Assembly (NCBI GenBank): GCA_965240325.2
Contig: OZ251232.1
Location: forward strand, 496,001-560,000
DNA length: 64,000 nt
Direction of reading: 5' to 3'
From: Rebecca billardiae RCC1528
Lineage: Eukaryota > Protista > Haptophyta
The position numbers and the translations under genes are program-made. This document shows positions 24,338 through 34,300 of the stretch, piece after piece. The notes beneath the pieces were generated by a model. That model had not been told where the DNA came from and made no database searches. It worked only from the letters and a program-made list of their open reading frames with translations. The stretch's first letter is position 1. Every line of letters starts with the position of its first letter.

Positions 24338-26717
24338 TGGCCCGCGGTGCAGGGCGGAGCGCGTAGCGTGGAGCCCCGCCGGGGGCCCTCACTACGTTGT
24401 CAAAAAGATCTTTTGATCAAAGAAAAGGGGACGGGGGACGATTTTGAGGGGTGTTGGAGGGTGAGTTTTCGCTTTTTCGAGGGGTACGTTGGCCCATAGT
24501 GCTCTGCATTAGCAACTACGCGCTTGACGAAATAAGCGCGCCCACGCCATTCCGCATAAGTCGATGGACGGACGTGGGATCAGATACCCCGGGGGTGAAA
24601 CAAGTGAGTATTTTTGTCCTTCTTGTATGCTGGAGTACGAGTTTGCCGAGCGACGTTTGATTGTTTTGGGTCGAAAACAGCTATGAGGCCAGATTCTTTT
24701 GAATAGCGCTTGCGAAAAGAAGTTACCCGCCTGTCTCGATGGATGAACCGCCTCATGGTATTGAAAGAGATTCTTTTGAATAGCGCTTTTAAACCAAGTT
24801 ACCCACCTGTCTCGTTGGATGAACCTCCTCATCATATTGAAGAGATTCTTTTGAATGGCGCTATTTAAAGCCAGTTACCCGCTTGCCTCGATGGATGAAC
24901 CGCCTTGATAATATTGAAAGATATTCTTTTGAATAGCGCTTGTCACAACCAAGTTACCCGCCTGTCAGCTGTCTCGTGCTCGCGAGCGGCGCGACGACAT
25001 CGGCCCGAGCGAGGATGCCGCCTTCAAAGGCGCGCACCGAGTGCGTGCGCGACGGGTGCCGGCCGGCCGCTGGTCTCGACCTATCGCCCTCGGCCCTCCC
25101 CGAGCGCGCCTGCAGGTACCTCCGGACGCGCATTCGGCTTGCTCACTCGATCAGCTCACTCACAGCTGCCGGTCACGCAGCCGCGCGGCGGCCCCGCGAC
25201 CAGGTCCGCGGCCCAAAGTGTGTGTGCGCGCCGCGCCGGTGCCCTCGCGCCGGTGGCGTGGGCTGGCTGGCCGCTGGTCTCGCCCACGCGCCCCACTCGC
25301 CCCAAGCGCGCAACGCCTGCGGGAAGCGCCGGCACCTGCGCGTCGACGCCCGTCCCGCCGCGGCCCGCGCCATCGTCGATCGGACCGCGTGCGTGCGACT
25401 CCGTCCGCGCCCGCGCGCAGGGTGGGAGGGGCTGATGCAGGAGCAGATGCAGGACTACCTCGAAATTGCACGCGACGAGGAGGTGCCCAGCGCGCACTTT
25501 ACGCTGCGCGCATCATCGAGTGGTCGCCCAGCGAGCGCGGCAGCTGGCCACCGGGCCGGCTGACGGCGGGCGCAGCTGCCAGCTGCGGACGCGCAGCGGG
25601 CGCGGAGTGGAAGCCGGCGCAGCGGCCGGGCAGCGGCGGCCGGCGCGGCAGCACGCTCGTATACATCGCGGCAGCTACCGCCGTCGTGCGGGGAAAGCAC
25701 ACGCTCTCGGCGGCTTCCAAGATGCCGACGGGCCACGGCGTGCACTCCGTGCAGGCTGCGTGCGCACTGCAGTGGCTGTGTCGAGCTGCTGCGGCGTGTG
25801 CTCGAGGCGCGGCGCTCGCACGGGCTACGCGGGCGCAGCGGGTGCGCGCAGCTGGCGCACGCAGTGCCACGTCCTGCGGCGCCAGTTTGGCGGCCGTCCG
25901 CCCCCCCGAGCTCGAGTTCTGCGCGCTTTGCGACGGCGCGGCCGGCAGCGCCCATCTGCCTGCTTGCTTGGGCACGCCAGCATGTCCGCCGCCGGGCCTG
26001 CTGCGCGCGCCGAAGCTGGAGGGCGGAGGAGGGCGCTGGGCTGCTCCTACGGCGTGCTGCAGCCCGGGCAGGCTCTACCGCGGCGCGGCGAGGCCGTCGC
26101 GCCTGCTCGCCGCCGTCGAGTCGCCCGTGCTGCGTGACCCTCGGCCGCACGTGCTCGCTCGGCGGCACCGCAGCACTAGCAGGCGTCCCATACCAGTATA
26201 CTCGAGCCGCTGTGCGCACCCAAGGCGCGAGCTGCTCGAGCGGGCCAGGTGGGCCCAGGGGGTGCGTGCAGCTGGCACACGCAGCCCCGGCCCGTGTCAT
26301 GGGGTGTCGGTTTGACGGTCGCCAGCCCCTGTGGGCTCGAGCGCTGTGCGCTTCACCACGGAGGTGCTGGCAGCGCCCCGCGGCGCGCAACGGCGGGGCA
26401 GCATGGCCGCCGCCGGCGCCGCCGCACATGCCGCCGCTTACGGGCAGTCGAGAGCTTGGGGCAGCACCTACGGCGCATGCTGCAGCTCGGGGCGGGCTCT
26501 GCCAGCCTGCTGTGGCGTGATCGCGCATTTTCCAGACCGTCGACTCGCCCGCGCTGCATAATATTCCATTATTCGTTTGCCGCGCGTGCTCGACGGCGCT
26601 CCGCGCTGCTGCTGCCGCTACGGCCGCGCGTTGGACGGACAGCATATGCCGACGGAGGGTGCACCGCGGGCCCCTAACTACGTTGGTTCTACGGAAGGAC
26701 CGCGGAACGCGGTCATA
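24338..26717 (+). mobile_element. Non-autonomous Helitron2/Helentron-like element, copy 1
   Basis: Boundaries set by the empty site. 5' TGGCCCGCGGTGCA; its inverted partner TGCACCGCGGGCC is subterminal (26660-26672); 3' hairpin GACCGCG-GAA-CGCGGTC then ATA. Ends shared with 39463-41078. Confidence 0.75.
24691..24965. repeat. ~76-bp tandem repeat (about 3.6 units) inside the element
   Basis: Unit agattcttttgaatagcgct..aagttacccgcctgtctcgatggatgaaccgcct..tattgaa starts near 24691, 24768, 24843 and 24921. Confidence 0.9.
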
Positions 26718-28050
26718 TATTAGGCCGTCCCGCCAGACAGACGCCAATGGCAGTGCTGTGCCCATGTCTAGCCCATCAGTGTCACTCATCCTCTGAACGG
26801 ACATTGAGTCACAGAGTCACAGCAGACACAGTGAGAGGCACGACGTTAGGTGGGCCCATCACTGGCTACTGTGGGATTATAGTGGCGCAGAGCGCGAGCT
26901 CATAGCGCGGAATGTTTACTTTCGTCTCGAGCTGGATTCCAGCCCCAGGAGATGGCCCCTGGCCTGCCTGGAGGAGCGATCCAGATCCGGCAGTCACGGA
27001 CTCAGCCGGAGACGCGTCACGAAGTAATACACGAGACGGCCGGACGAGACCTACTTCATATGCACTCGGGTCTCGGCCACTCGCGCCGCCTGCCCGCCGC
27101 CTGGTAGTATTGAGTACGTACTATAGCGCTGAGCTATACAACTTTATTTTATATTAGGCCGTCCCGCCAGACAGACGCCAATGGCAGTGCTGTGCCCATG
27201 TCTAGCCCATCAGTGTCACTCATCATCTGAACGGACATTGAGTCACAGAGTCACAGACACAGTGAGAGGCACGACGACGACGTCACCGCCGCGCGCGACG
27301 ACCCGCGTCACGACGTCGTCTGCCGACTCTGCCGCAGACTCATCAGTGACATCAGCAGTCTGCCGCAGACGCCCGCAGCTACAGCGCAGTCTTCGTCCGC
27401 GCCTAATATATATTATAATATATATTCAGTCTATACATATTCGTCGTATATTAACTATATATTGCGCACTGTCTGACCTGGACGGAAGGCGCGGACGCAT
27501 TCTATGTGTCTGTTGCACTCTGAGCCTGACGCTTGTCCGATGCTGCCACGTCGTTAAATATATATATAATATATCAATAATGTACGTGTACCGCCTGTCG
27601 ACCGCCAAGCCCAATTACAATACGGGCTAGCTACTAATAAGCACGCTCGTCGATGATACTATAAGCTATTCACAGCCGAAATAAGAGCCGCGCTGCTGAT
27701 GACGCGACAACAGACACGCGAAATTGATATAGTTGACGATTGCTGTCGTCTAGTCGTGTAGTCTGCTTAGAACTCGGAGATGATATCCATGATGAAAAGA
27801 ACGTCGACGATGGTTTTTGGCTCGCGCACGCCAGCACGAGCGGGAGCGCGGCGCGCAGTGCGCACGCGCGGCGCGGCAGGCGCGCCGAGGCGGTCCGGCC
27901 GGCGGAGGCCAGCGTCGAAAACGAGGAGCGCAGCGGCGCATCGGTGCGCCGAGTGCACAGTCAGGGCGCGGTGCCGGGGCGCGGCGGGTGCCCGCAGCGG
28001 GCACACGCCGCGCCCTCACGCCGCGCGTGCGCGCGGCCACTGCCGCTGCC

Positions 28051-31000
28051 TCATTCGCACCGCGCGGGCGGGCACGGCGGCAGGCCGACCAGGCCACCGA
28101 AGAGCAGCGCCCGCCTCGTCGGCTTGTGCGCCGCGGCACCGCTGCTGCTCGCGCCCTTCGCGGCCGCTTGCGTCGGCGCCGCAAAGAGGGACGCTGCCGC
28201 GTCCTCGAGCGTGGGCTTATGCGCCGCGCGCGCGCGCGCTCGCTCCGCCTCCGCCCGCTCCTCATCGCCGCTGCCGTCGCTCAGCAGCCGCCCCGCGCCC
28301 GCGCCCGCGCCCGCGCCCTCCGGCAGCTTGAGCGCCGCAGAGCGCAGCTCGTCTTCCCGCGACGCGTCGGTGTCCGACGTGAAGACCTCGGCGGCGGCCT
28401 CGCGCAGCGCGCGCCGGCCGCCGTCCGCGGGCGGCGCCGGGCAGTAGCAGTCTGCGCCGATCACGAGCTTCGCGAGCTCCTTGCTGATGGACAGTTTGAG
28501 GGGCGGCGGCGAGGTTGGAGGCGAGGGCGGCGGCGGCGGGCTCGGCGGCGGCGCGGGTGGCGGGCTCGGCGGCGGCGAGGGCGGCGGTGGCGGGCTCGGC
28601 GGAGGCGATGGCGGGCTCGGCGGGCTCGCGGGTGGCGGCGGCGAGGGCGGCGGTGAGGGTGGCGGCGGCGGTGGTGCGGACGGAGGCGGTGACGACGGCG
28701 GCGGCGACGGCGGCGGCGACGGCGGTGGCGAGAACGGGATGCAGCCGCCGTCGTCGAAGGTGGCGCTCGGGTTGTAGTTGCTCTGCGTGGAGTCGGTGCA
28801 GCCGCCGTACGTGCACGAGCCGTCGTCCGTGGTGGCCGTGGCGTCGTAGTTGTTCGCGGAGGCGTCCGTGCAGCCCTCGATCGTGTCCACGCAGCTCGAG
28901 TCGTCCACGGTGGCGGTCGAGTCGAAGTTGAACGCGCTCGCGTTCGTGCAGCCGGAGAACGTGCACGAGCCGTCCTCCGTGTTCGCCGAGCCGACATAGT
29001 TGAAGGCGGCCGAGTCGGTGCAGCCGTCGACCTGCGCCACGCAGCCGCCCGAGTCTGAGTCGGCGGTCGAGTCGAAGTTGAGCGCAGTCGAGTCGGTGCA
29101 GCCCGAATAGCTGCACGAGCCGTCGTCCGTGTTGGCGCCCGAGTCGTAGTTGACCGCGCTCGAGTCGGTGCACCCGTCGATCTGGTCGATGCAGCCGCCG
29201 TCGTCCGTCGTCGCGCTCGAGTCGTAGTTGAGCGCGGCCGTGTCGGTGCAGCCGCCGTACAGGCACGAGCCGTCGTCCGTGTCAGCCTCCGAGTTGTAGT
29301 TGGTCGCGTTCGTGAGCGTGCAGCCCTCGACCGGCGTGATGCACGTGTAGTCGAGCGTGTTCGCCGTGGAGTCGTAGTTGGTCGCGTTCGTGTTCGTGCA
29401 GCCGAGGTACACGCACGGGTCGTCCGGGTCGTCTGCCGTCGCGCCGCTCACGTAGTTGGGCGCGCTCGTGTCGGTGCAGCCGTACAGGTAGGTGCACGAG
29501 CCGTCGTTCGAGTTGGCGGTCGAGTCGTAGTTGGTCGCGTCCACGTCGGTGCAGCCCGAGAGCACGCACGCGCCGTCGTCCTCGGTGGCCAGGCTGTAGT
29601 AGTTCTCGGCGAGCGTGTCCGTGCAGCCCGTCACCGGGTACACGCAGCTCCCGTCGTCCTGGCCCGCGGTCGAGTCGTAGTTGCTCGCGCTCGTGCTGAT
29701 GCAGCCCGCGTACACGCACGAGCCGTCGTCGACGGTCGCGTTCGAGTTGTAGTTCTGCGCGGTGCTCGCCGTGCAGCCCGTCGTGTCGTACGCGCACGTG
29801 CCGTCGTCCACCGTCGCGTTCGACGCGTAGTTCGACGCCGTCGACGCCGTGCAGCCGAGCACGGTCGCGATGCACGAGCCGTCGTCCAGCTCCGCGAGGG
29901 ACTCGTAGTTGACGGCGGTCGAGTCGGTGCAGCCCTCGACCGCGTACACGCACGAGCCGTCGTCGACTTCTGCCCTCGAGTCGTAGTTCTGCGCGACGGT
30001 GGAGAGGCAGCCCTCCCGCGGCGCCGTGCAGTTGCCCGCGTCGATCGTCGCCTTGACGTTGTAGTTGGTCGCGTTGCTCTCCGTGCAGCCCACGACCGCG
30101 CACGAGCCGTCGTCGATAAACGCGGACGAGTTGTAGTTGAGCGCCGTCGAGTCGATGCAGCCCGAGATGATCAGCTTGCCCGTTGCGATGGCGAGGTTGA
30201 TCTCGGCCTCCGATGCGAGCTGGCGCCCGTGCGTCGACGCCACCTCGGGTGCCGGGCGGAACATCGGGCGGCCCAGCTCGGCCTCGGCGTCGAGCAGCGA
30301 GCGCCGCCCCGCGATGATGTCGAGCAGCACGTTGAGGAAGCGCGTGTTGAGCGCGGCGACCGCGGTCGCGTTCGACTCGAGCGTCTCGGCGGGGATGGCG
30401 ACGGCGGGCGGGTTCTCGGCGTAGCACTCGGCGAAGAGGCGCGAGACGACGGTGGCGTTGTACAGCGCGTTGTTCTCCGTCAGCGCCGAGATCTTCCTGA
30501 TCCCCTGCGACGTCGGGGTGCCGACGAGCGACTGGAGCGCAAGCACGGTCGAGTTGATCGCGTTGGTGGCCGAGATGGCGTACGCGGCCGACGTCTCGAA
30601 GTTGAGGTACTCGATGAGCGGGTTGTACGTGAGCACGTCGATGGGCGCGGTGCCGGTCATGTGCACGCTGTTCACGCGCGCACTCGCCGCCGCCGTGTCG
30701 CCGCTCAGCTCCTCGAGGATGTACACGTACGCCGTCGTCATCGGGTTGATCTCCGCCGAGCCCGCGGGCGCGCGCAGCTGCCACTCGAGCTTCTCCTCAA
30801 TGTAGATGTCGCCGCACACGCCGTCGGGCTCGATGACGAAGTCGGCGTCGGTGGGGTACTTGATGGAGTAGATGCCCGAGCGCGAGTCGGTGGTGGTCGA
30901 CGAGCGCGTCGTCGTGATCGTGCAGCTGCCCAGGTAGCCGATGATGTGCGAGACGCCCGCGACCGTGTTGAAGCGGCACGACTTGTCCTTGATGGTCGCG

Positions 31001-32754
31001 GTCGAGTCGTAGTTGAGCGCGGCCAGGTCGGTGCAGCCGCGGTACTCGCAGAGCATCGGGTCGTGCACCTCGGCGAGGGACTGGTAGTTGAAGGCGCTCG
31101 TGTCCAGGCAGCCCTTGATGAAGGGGATGCACGACTTGTCGTTCCGATTGGCCGTCGGGTTGTAGTTCTTGGCCGTCGAGTCGGTGCAGCCGCGGTACTC
31201 GCACGAGCCGTCGTCCACGTTGAAGCGCTTCTGGTAGTTGTTCGCCTTCGAGTCGGTGCAGCCCGGGATGGGGTAGGAGCACAGGTTGGCCTGGTTCACC
31301 GTCGCCGCCGAGTTGTAGTTGAGCGCGGTCCTCGCCGTGCAGCCCACGATGGTCGGGATGCACGAGCCGGTGTCCACGTTCGCGGCCGAGTTGTAGTTGA
31401 GCGCGGTCGAGTCGGTGCAGCCCGTGACGCCGAACACGCAGCCCTGGCGCACGTTGGCGGCCGAGTTGTAGTTGAGCGCGTTCTTGAGGTCGCAGCCGCG
31501 CACGATGGGGATGCACGTGCCGTCGTCCACCGTGGCGAGCGGCTTGTAGTTCAACGCAGTCGAGTCCGTGCAGCCGCCCCGCTCGCACGAGCCGTCGTCG
31601 GTGGTCGCGGCCGAGTTGTAGTTGGGCGCGTTCACGTTCATGCAGCCGAGCACGGGCAGCGTGCACGAGCCGTCGTCCTGGTTGGCGGTGGAGCGGTAGT
31701 TGAGGCCGAGCGAGTTGGTGCAGCCGCGGATGCGCCTGATGCACGGGTTCGGCTTCGCCAGCACCGTCGCCGTCGGGTTGTAGTTGAGCGCGGTCGGGTC
31801 GTTGCAGCCGGGCACGTCGTACTTGCAGCTGCCGTCGTCCTGGTTCGCGTTCGCCTTGTAGTTGCGCGCGAGCGAGTCGGTGCAGCCGGGGAAGATGATG
31901 ACGCAGTCGCCCGCCTCCTGGTAGTTCGCCTGCGAGTTGTAGTTGCTCGCGAACGTGATCATGCACCCGCGCACGCGCGGGACGCACGGGTTTGTCGGGT
32001 CGTTCACGTTGGCGTCCGAGCGGTAGTTGAGCGCCGTCGAGTCCATGCAGCCCGGCACGGGCAGAGTGCACACGCCCGCCGCGGTGGTGCCTGGCGGGCC
32101 CGGCCGGGTGGCGGTCGGGTCGTAATTGAGCGCATTCGTGAGCGTGCACCCGTAGTAGTGGCACGGCGCATCCGAATTCGCCCCCGAGTTGTAGTTGTCC
32201 GCAGCCGGGTTGCGGCAGCCCGGGCGGAGGTAGAAGCACGCCGACGCGTCATTCAGCACGACCGTCGACTCGTAGTTCTGCGCCGTTGGGTCGCGGCAGC
32301 CGGTGGTCGGCGGCGGTGGCGATGGCGGCGGTGTTGGCGGCGGCGGCGGCGGCGGCGTTGGCGGCGGCGGCGGCGGCGGCGACGAGGGCGGTGGCGCGGG
32401 AACATCCGCAACGACAGGGACCACGGAGATCGGCGCAGAGAGGATCGACGACGGGAAGCTGAAGGCGGGCTCGGACAGGAACGAGGTGATATGCGAGGGG
32501 ACCGCAAACCCCATCGTCGCCTCGTGCAGCATGCGCGCCGGCGGCTCTTGCAGCTTCCGCAGCGGCGGGTGGCTCGAGCTGTCCGCATCCTTGTCGGCGA
32601 GCGTCGCGTCCGCAATCCGCGTCGGCTCGCCCGCGACCTCGAGCGCGCGGCCCGAGGGGGTGGGCGACATCTGCAGATCTGGCGGCGCGCCCGACACGGC
32701 CACAGCGTTCACCAGCGCCGCGAGCGCCAGCGCGAGCGCCGTGGGGCGCCCCAT
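28051..32754 (-). CDS. Secreted ~1567-aa Cys-rich repeat protein (about 36 GCxDxxAxNYxxxAxxDDGSC repeats, Pro-rich linkers)
   Basis: Signal peptide MGRPTALALALAALVNAVAVSG; 17 + 19 repeats counted in two arrays; SPPP tracts; intronless ORF. Confidence 0.85.
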   Translation of the reverse strand: MGRPTALALALAALVNAVAVSGAPPDLQMSPTPSGRALEVAGEPTRIADATLADKDADSSSHPPLRKLQEPPARMLHEATMGFAVPSHITSFLSEPAFSFPSSILSAPISVVPVVADVPAPPPSSPPPPPPPTPPPPPPPTPPPSPPPPTTGCRDPTAQNYESTVVLNDASACFYLRPGCRNPAADNYNSGANSDAPCHYYGCTLTNALNYDPTATRPGPPGTTAAGVCTLPVPGCMDSTALNYRSDANVNDPTNPCVPRVRGCMITFASNYNSQANYQEAGDCVIIFPGCTDSLARNYKANANQDDGSCKYDVPGCNDPTALNYNPTATVLAKPNPCIRRIRGCTNSLGLNYRSTANQDDGSCTLPVLGCMNVNAPNYNSAATTDDGSCERGGCTDSTALNYKPLATVDDGTCIPIVRGCDLKNALNYNSAANVRQGCVFGVTGCTDSTALNYNSAANVDTGSCIPTIVGCTARTALNYNSAATVNQANLCSYPIPGCTDSKANNYQKRFNVDDGSCEYRGCTDSTAKNYNPTANRNDKSCIPFIKGCLDTSAFNYQSLAEVHDPMLCEYRGCTDLAALNYDSTATIKDKSCRFNTVAGVSHIIGYLGSCTITTTRSSTTTDSRSGIYSIKYPTDADFVIEPDGVCGDIYIEEKLEWQLRAPAGSAEINPMTTAYVYILEELSGDTAAASARVNSVHMTGTAPIDVLTYNPLIEYLNFETSAAYAISATNAINSTVLALQSLVGTPTSQGIRKISALTENNALYNATVVSRLFAECYAENPPAVAIPAETLESNATAVAALNTRFLNVLLDIIAGRRSLLDAEAELGRPMFRPAPEVASTHGRQLASEAEINLAIATGKLIISGCIDSTALNYNSSAFIDDGSCAVVGCTESNATNYNVKATIDAGNCTAPREGCLSTVAQNYDSRAEVDDGSCVYAVEGCTDSTAVNYESLAELDDGSCIATVLGCTASTASNYASNATVDDGTCAYDTTGCTASTAQNYNSNATVDDGSCVYAGCISTSASNYDSTAGQDDGSCVYPVTGCTDTLAENYYSLATEDDGACVLSGCTDVDATNYDSTANSNDGSCTYLYGCTDTSAPNYVSGATADDPDDPCVYLGCTNTNATNYDSTANTLDYTCITPVEGCTLTNATNYNSEADTDDGSCLYGGCTDTAALNYDSSATTDDGGCIDQIDGCTDSSAVNYDSGANTDDGSCSYSGCTDSTALNFDSTADSDSGGCVAQVDGCTDSAAFNYVGSANTEDGSCTFSGCTNASAFNFDSTATVDDSSCVDTIEGCTDASANNYDATATTDDGSCTYGGCTDSTQSNYNPSATFDDGGCIPFSPPPSPPPSPPPSSPPPSAPPPPPPSPPPSPPPPASPPSPPSPPPSPPPPPSPPPSPPPAPPPSPPPPPSPPTSPPPLKLSISKELAKLVIGADCYCPAPPADGGRRALREAAAEVFTSDTDASREDELRSAALKLPEGAGAGAGAGRLLSDGSGDEERAEAERARARAAHKPTLEDAAASLFAAPTQAAAKGASSSGAAAHKPTRRALLFGGLVGLPPCPPARCE

Positions 32755-32968
32755 CGGTTGTGTCCGAGGGGTTGGCCTCGCCGCAGCCTTGCAACTGACC
32801 AGCAACCACAGCCAGGTCGCGCGGAGCGGTAGAGTAACGCATAGTCGTCCGGACAGCTCGAGGCTTGAAAAGTGAGTCCGGGCGGCTTTCAAAGCGCGCG
32901 TAAAATATTGGGGAACCGAGTTTCTTACTTTCTTTTCTCCAACAGAAATCATTTAATTCGAGAGCAGC

Positions 32969-33868
32969 ATGGCGCCCGCTCGCCGGCGAGCTCAGCCCCT
33001 GCAAGTCCTCCTCCTCATCGGCATCTGGAGCCGCCATGGTGGCGCGGCCTCGCGGTGCGGACCTTACATCCGCAGGCCACGTGCGTTCCGCGTCACAGCG
33101 CGCTGCCGCGACGGCCCCGCGCTCGGCGCTCAGCGGCCCGCCGTGACGCTCTCCGCCGCCGACCAGAGGCGACGGCACAATCGCGTGTGCGCGCGACTCA
33201 TCACCTGGATGCGCGAGGACCTGCGCGCCAGAGTCGCGCTTGGGGGCATCCCTCTCGGCTCGCTCCCACTGCCCGCAGGCACGCGCCTCGATGGGCTGCG
33301 CGCCAAGAGCCGAACGCCAGACGTCATCGCGTGGCTGCCGCGCGGCGGACAGCTGGAGCGCACGGCCGTGCGCGATGACGCAAACGAGCCGCTCGCCAAG
33401 TCGGCAAGGGCGGCGCGAGGTGCGGCTGCAGGCTCACGCAGCCCACCGACGGAGCTCGTCCTCCTCGAGGTGACGGTCTGCCGTGAGGCTGCGCTGGCGG
33501 CGCGCGCGCGCGAGAAGGCGCGCAAGTACGCAGACGTCCACCCGGCGCTGAACTCTGCGCTGGGCGCGCACGGGATGCGAGCGCACGGGCCCGTGGTCGT
33601 TGCGCTGGGCGAGCTCGGCACGGTGCATGAGCCCACGCGCGTGGACCTCGCGCACCTCGCGCGTGAGCACGCCGGCGAGCTCGCGGAGGCCGGCGTGCCG
33701 GCTCTACTGGCCGATCTGCAGCTCATCGTGCTCGATGCAGCTGGGCAGTGTCCTCTTCATCAGGCGGCCTCGCACTCGCAGCGCGCAGCCGCAGTCGGGC
33801 CGGGCCAGGAGTCACGGCTCAGCGATGGCGCGGCGTCGCGGCGACGTCGGCGGCGACGCTCTCGGTAA
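32969..33868 (+). CDS. Stand-alone restriction-like (PD-(D/E)xK) endonuclease of non-LTR retrotransposon RLE type
   Basis: Ordered motifs RRRHNRV, RTPDVI, LLEVTV, EKARKYAD, VVALGELG; no RT or CCHC knuckle upstream. Confidence 0.65.
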   Translation: MAPARRRAQPLQVLLLIGIWSRHGGAASRCGPYIRRPRAFRVTARCRDGPALGAQRPAVTLSAADQRRRHNRVCARLITWMREDLRARVALGGIPLGSLPLPAGTRLDGLRAKSRTPDVIAWLPRGGQLERTAVRDDANEPLAKSARAARGAAAGSRSPPTELVLLEVTVCREAALAARAREKARKYADVHPALNSALGAHGMRAHGPVVVALGELGTVHEPTRVDLAHLAREHAGELAEAGVPALLADLQLIVLDAAGQCPLHQAASHSQRAAAVGPGQESRLSDGAASRRRRRRRSR

Positions 33869-34300
33869 ATGACGCTTGCTGGGCGGTCACTCGGTGTCGG
33901 AAGCTCAGCAGTCTGAGCACGCCCGCACGGCTGAGCAGCTCGGCTGTCAGCCGATCTGCTAGCTCGGCAGACAATGCATGACTAACAGCACACACATGAC
34001 CGGCTGTGACACGCGTCAGGGCCGCGCTAAGCTGTAGCTGATCGCGCGAGGATTGTGATGATGATCGAATCGAGTGCGGCGGGACTACTGCGGGCGAGAA
34101 TTACTCCGCCGAGGGGGAAAACAATAAAACAAAAGTGAAAAGTCGTTACACACGACGTACCAATCACGCTCAATTGTCCGGCGGAAAGGTGGTGAGAAAG
34201 TCCGGTCGCGCTGACGCCAGCCGCCGCTGCAAAAGGCTTTCAGTCACAGGGCGAGGGCTCCCGCGTCCGCGGCTGACGGTCGACACCTCGGCCACGCGCC

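Larger units (their letters stand above)
24146..27276. repeat. Local direct duplication of a ~310-bp segment (24146-24337 + 26718-26845 versus 26970-27276)
   Basis: The first copy is interrupted by the 2.38-kb element; the second copy is uninterrupted and shows the empty site tttta|tattaggcc at 27151/27152. Confidence 0.9.

Noticed and set aside
24691-24965. Regularly spaced repeats suggestive of a CRISPR array
   Set aside because: Whole units are homologous, with no unique spacers and no cas genes; it is a tandem repeat.
24905-26804. ORFs inside the element as a possible transposase
   Set aside because: No HUH, helicase, DDE or tyrosine-recombinase motifs recognised; the element is treated as non-autonomous.
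28051-28060. GTGCG before the stop of the Cys-repeat gene as an intron donor, or its TGA as selenocysteine
   Set aside because: No suitable CAG acceptor downstream on that strand and no SECIS recognised; the stop is accepted as real.
30229-32832. 867-aa plus-strand ORF antisense to the Cys-repeat gene
   Set aside because: Mirror of strong codon bias on the coding strand; no independent features.
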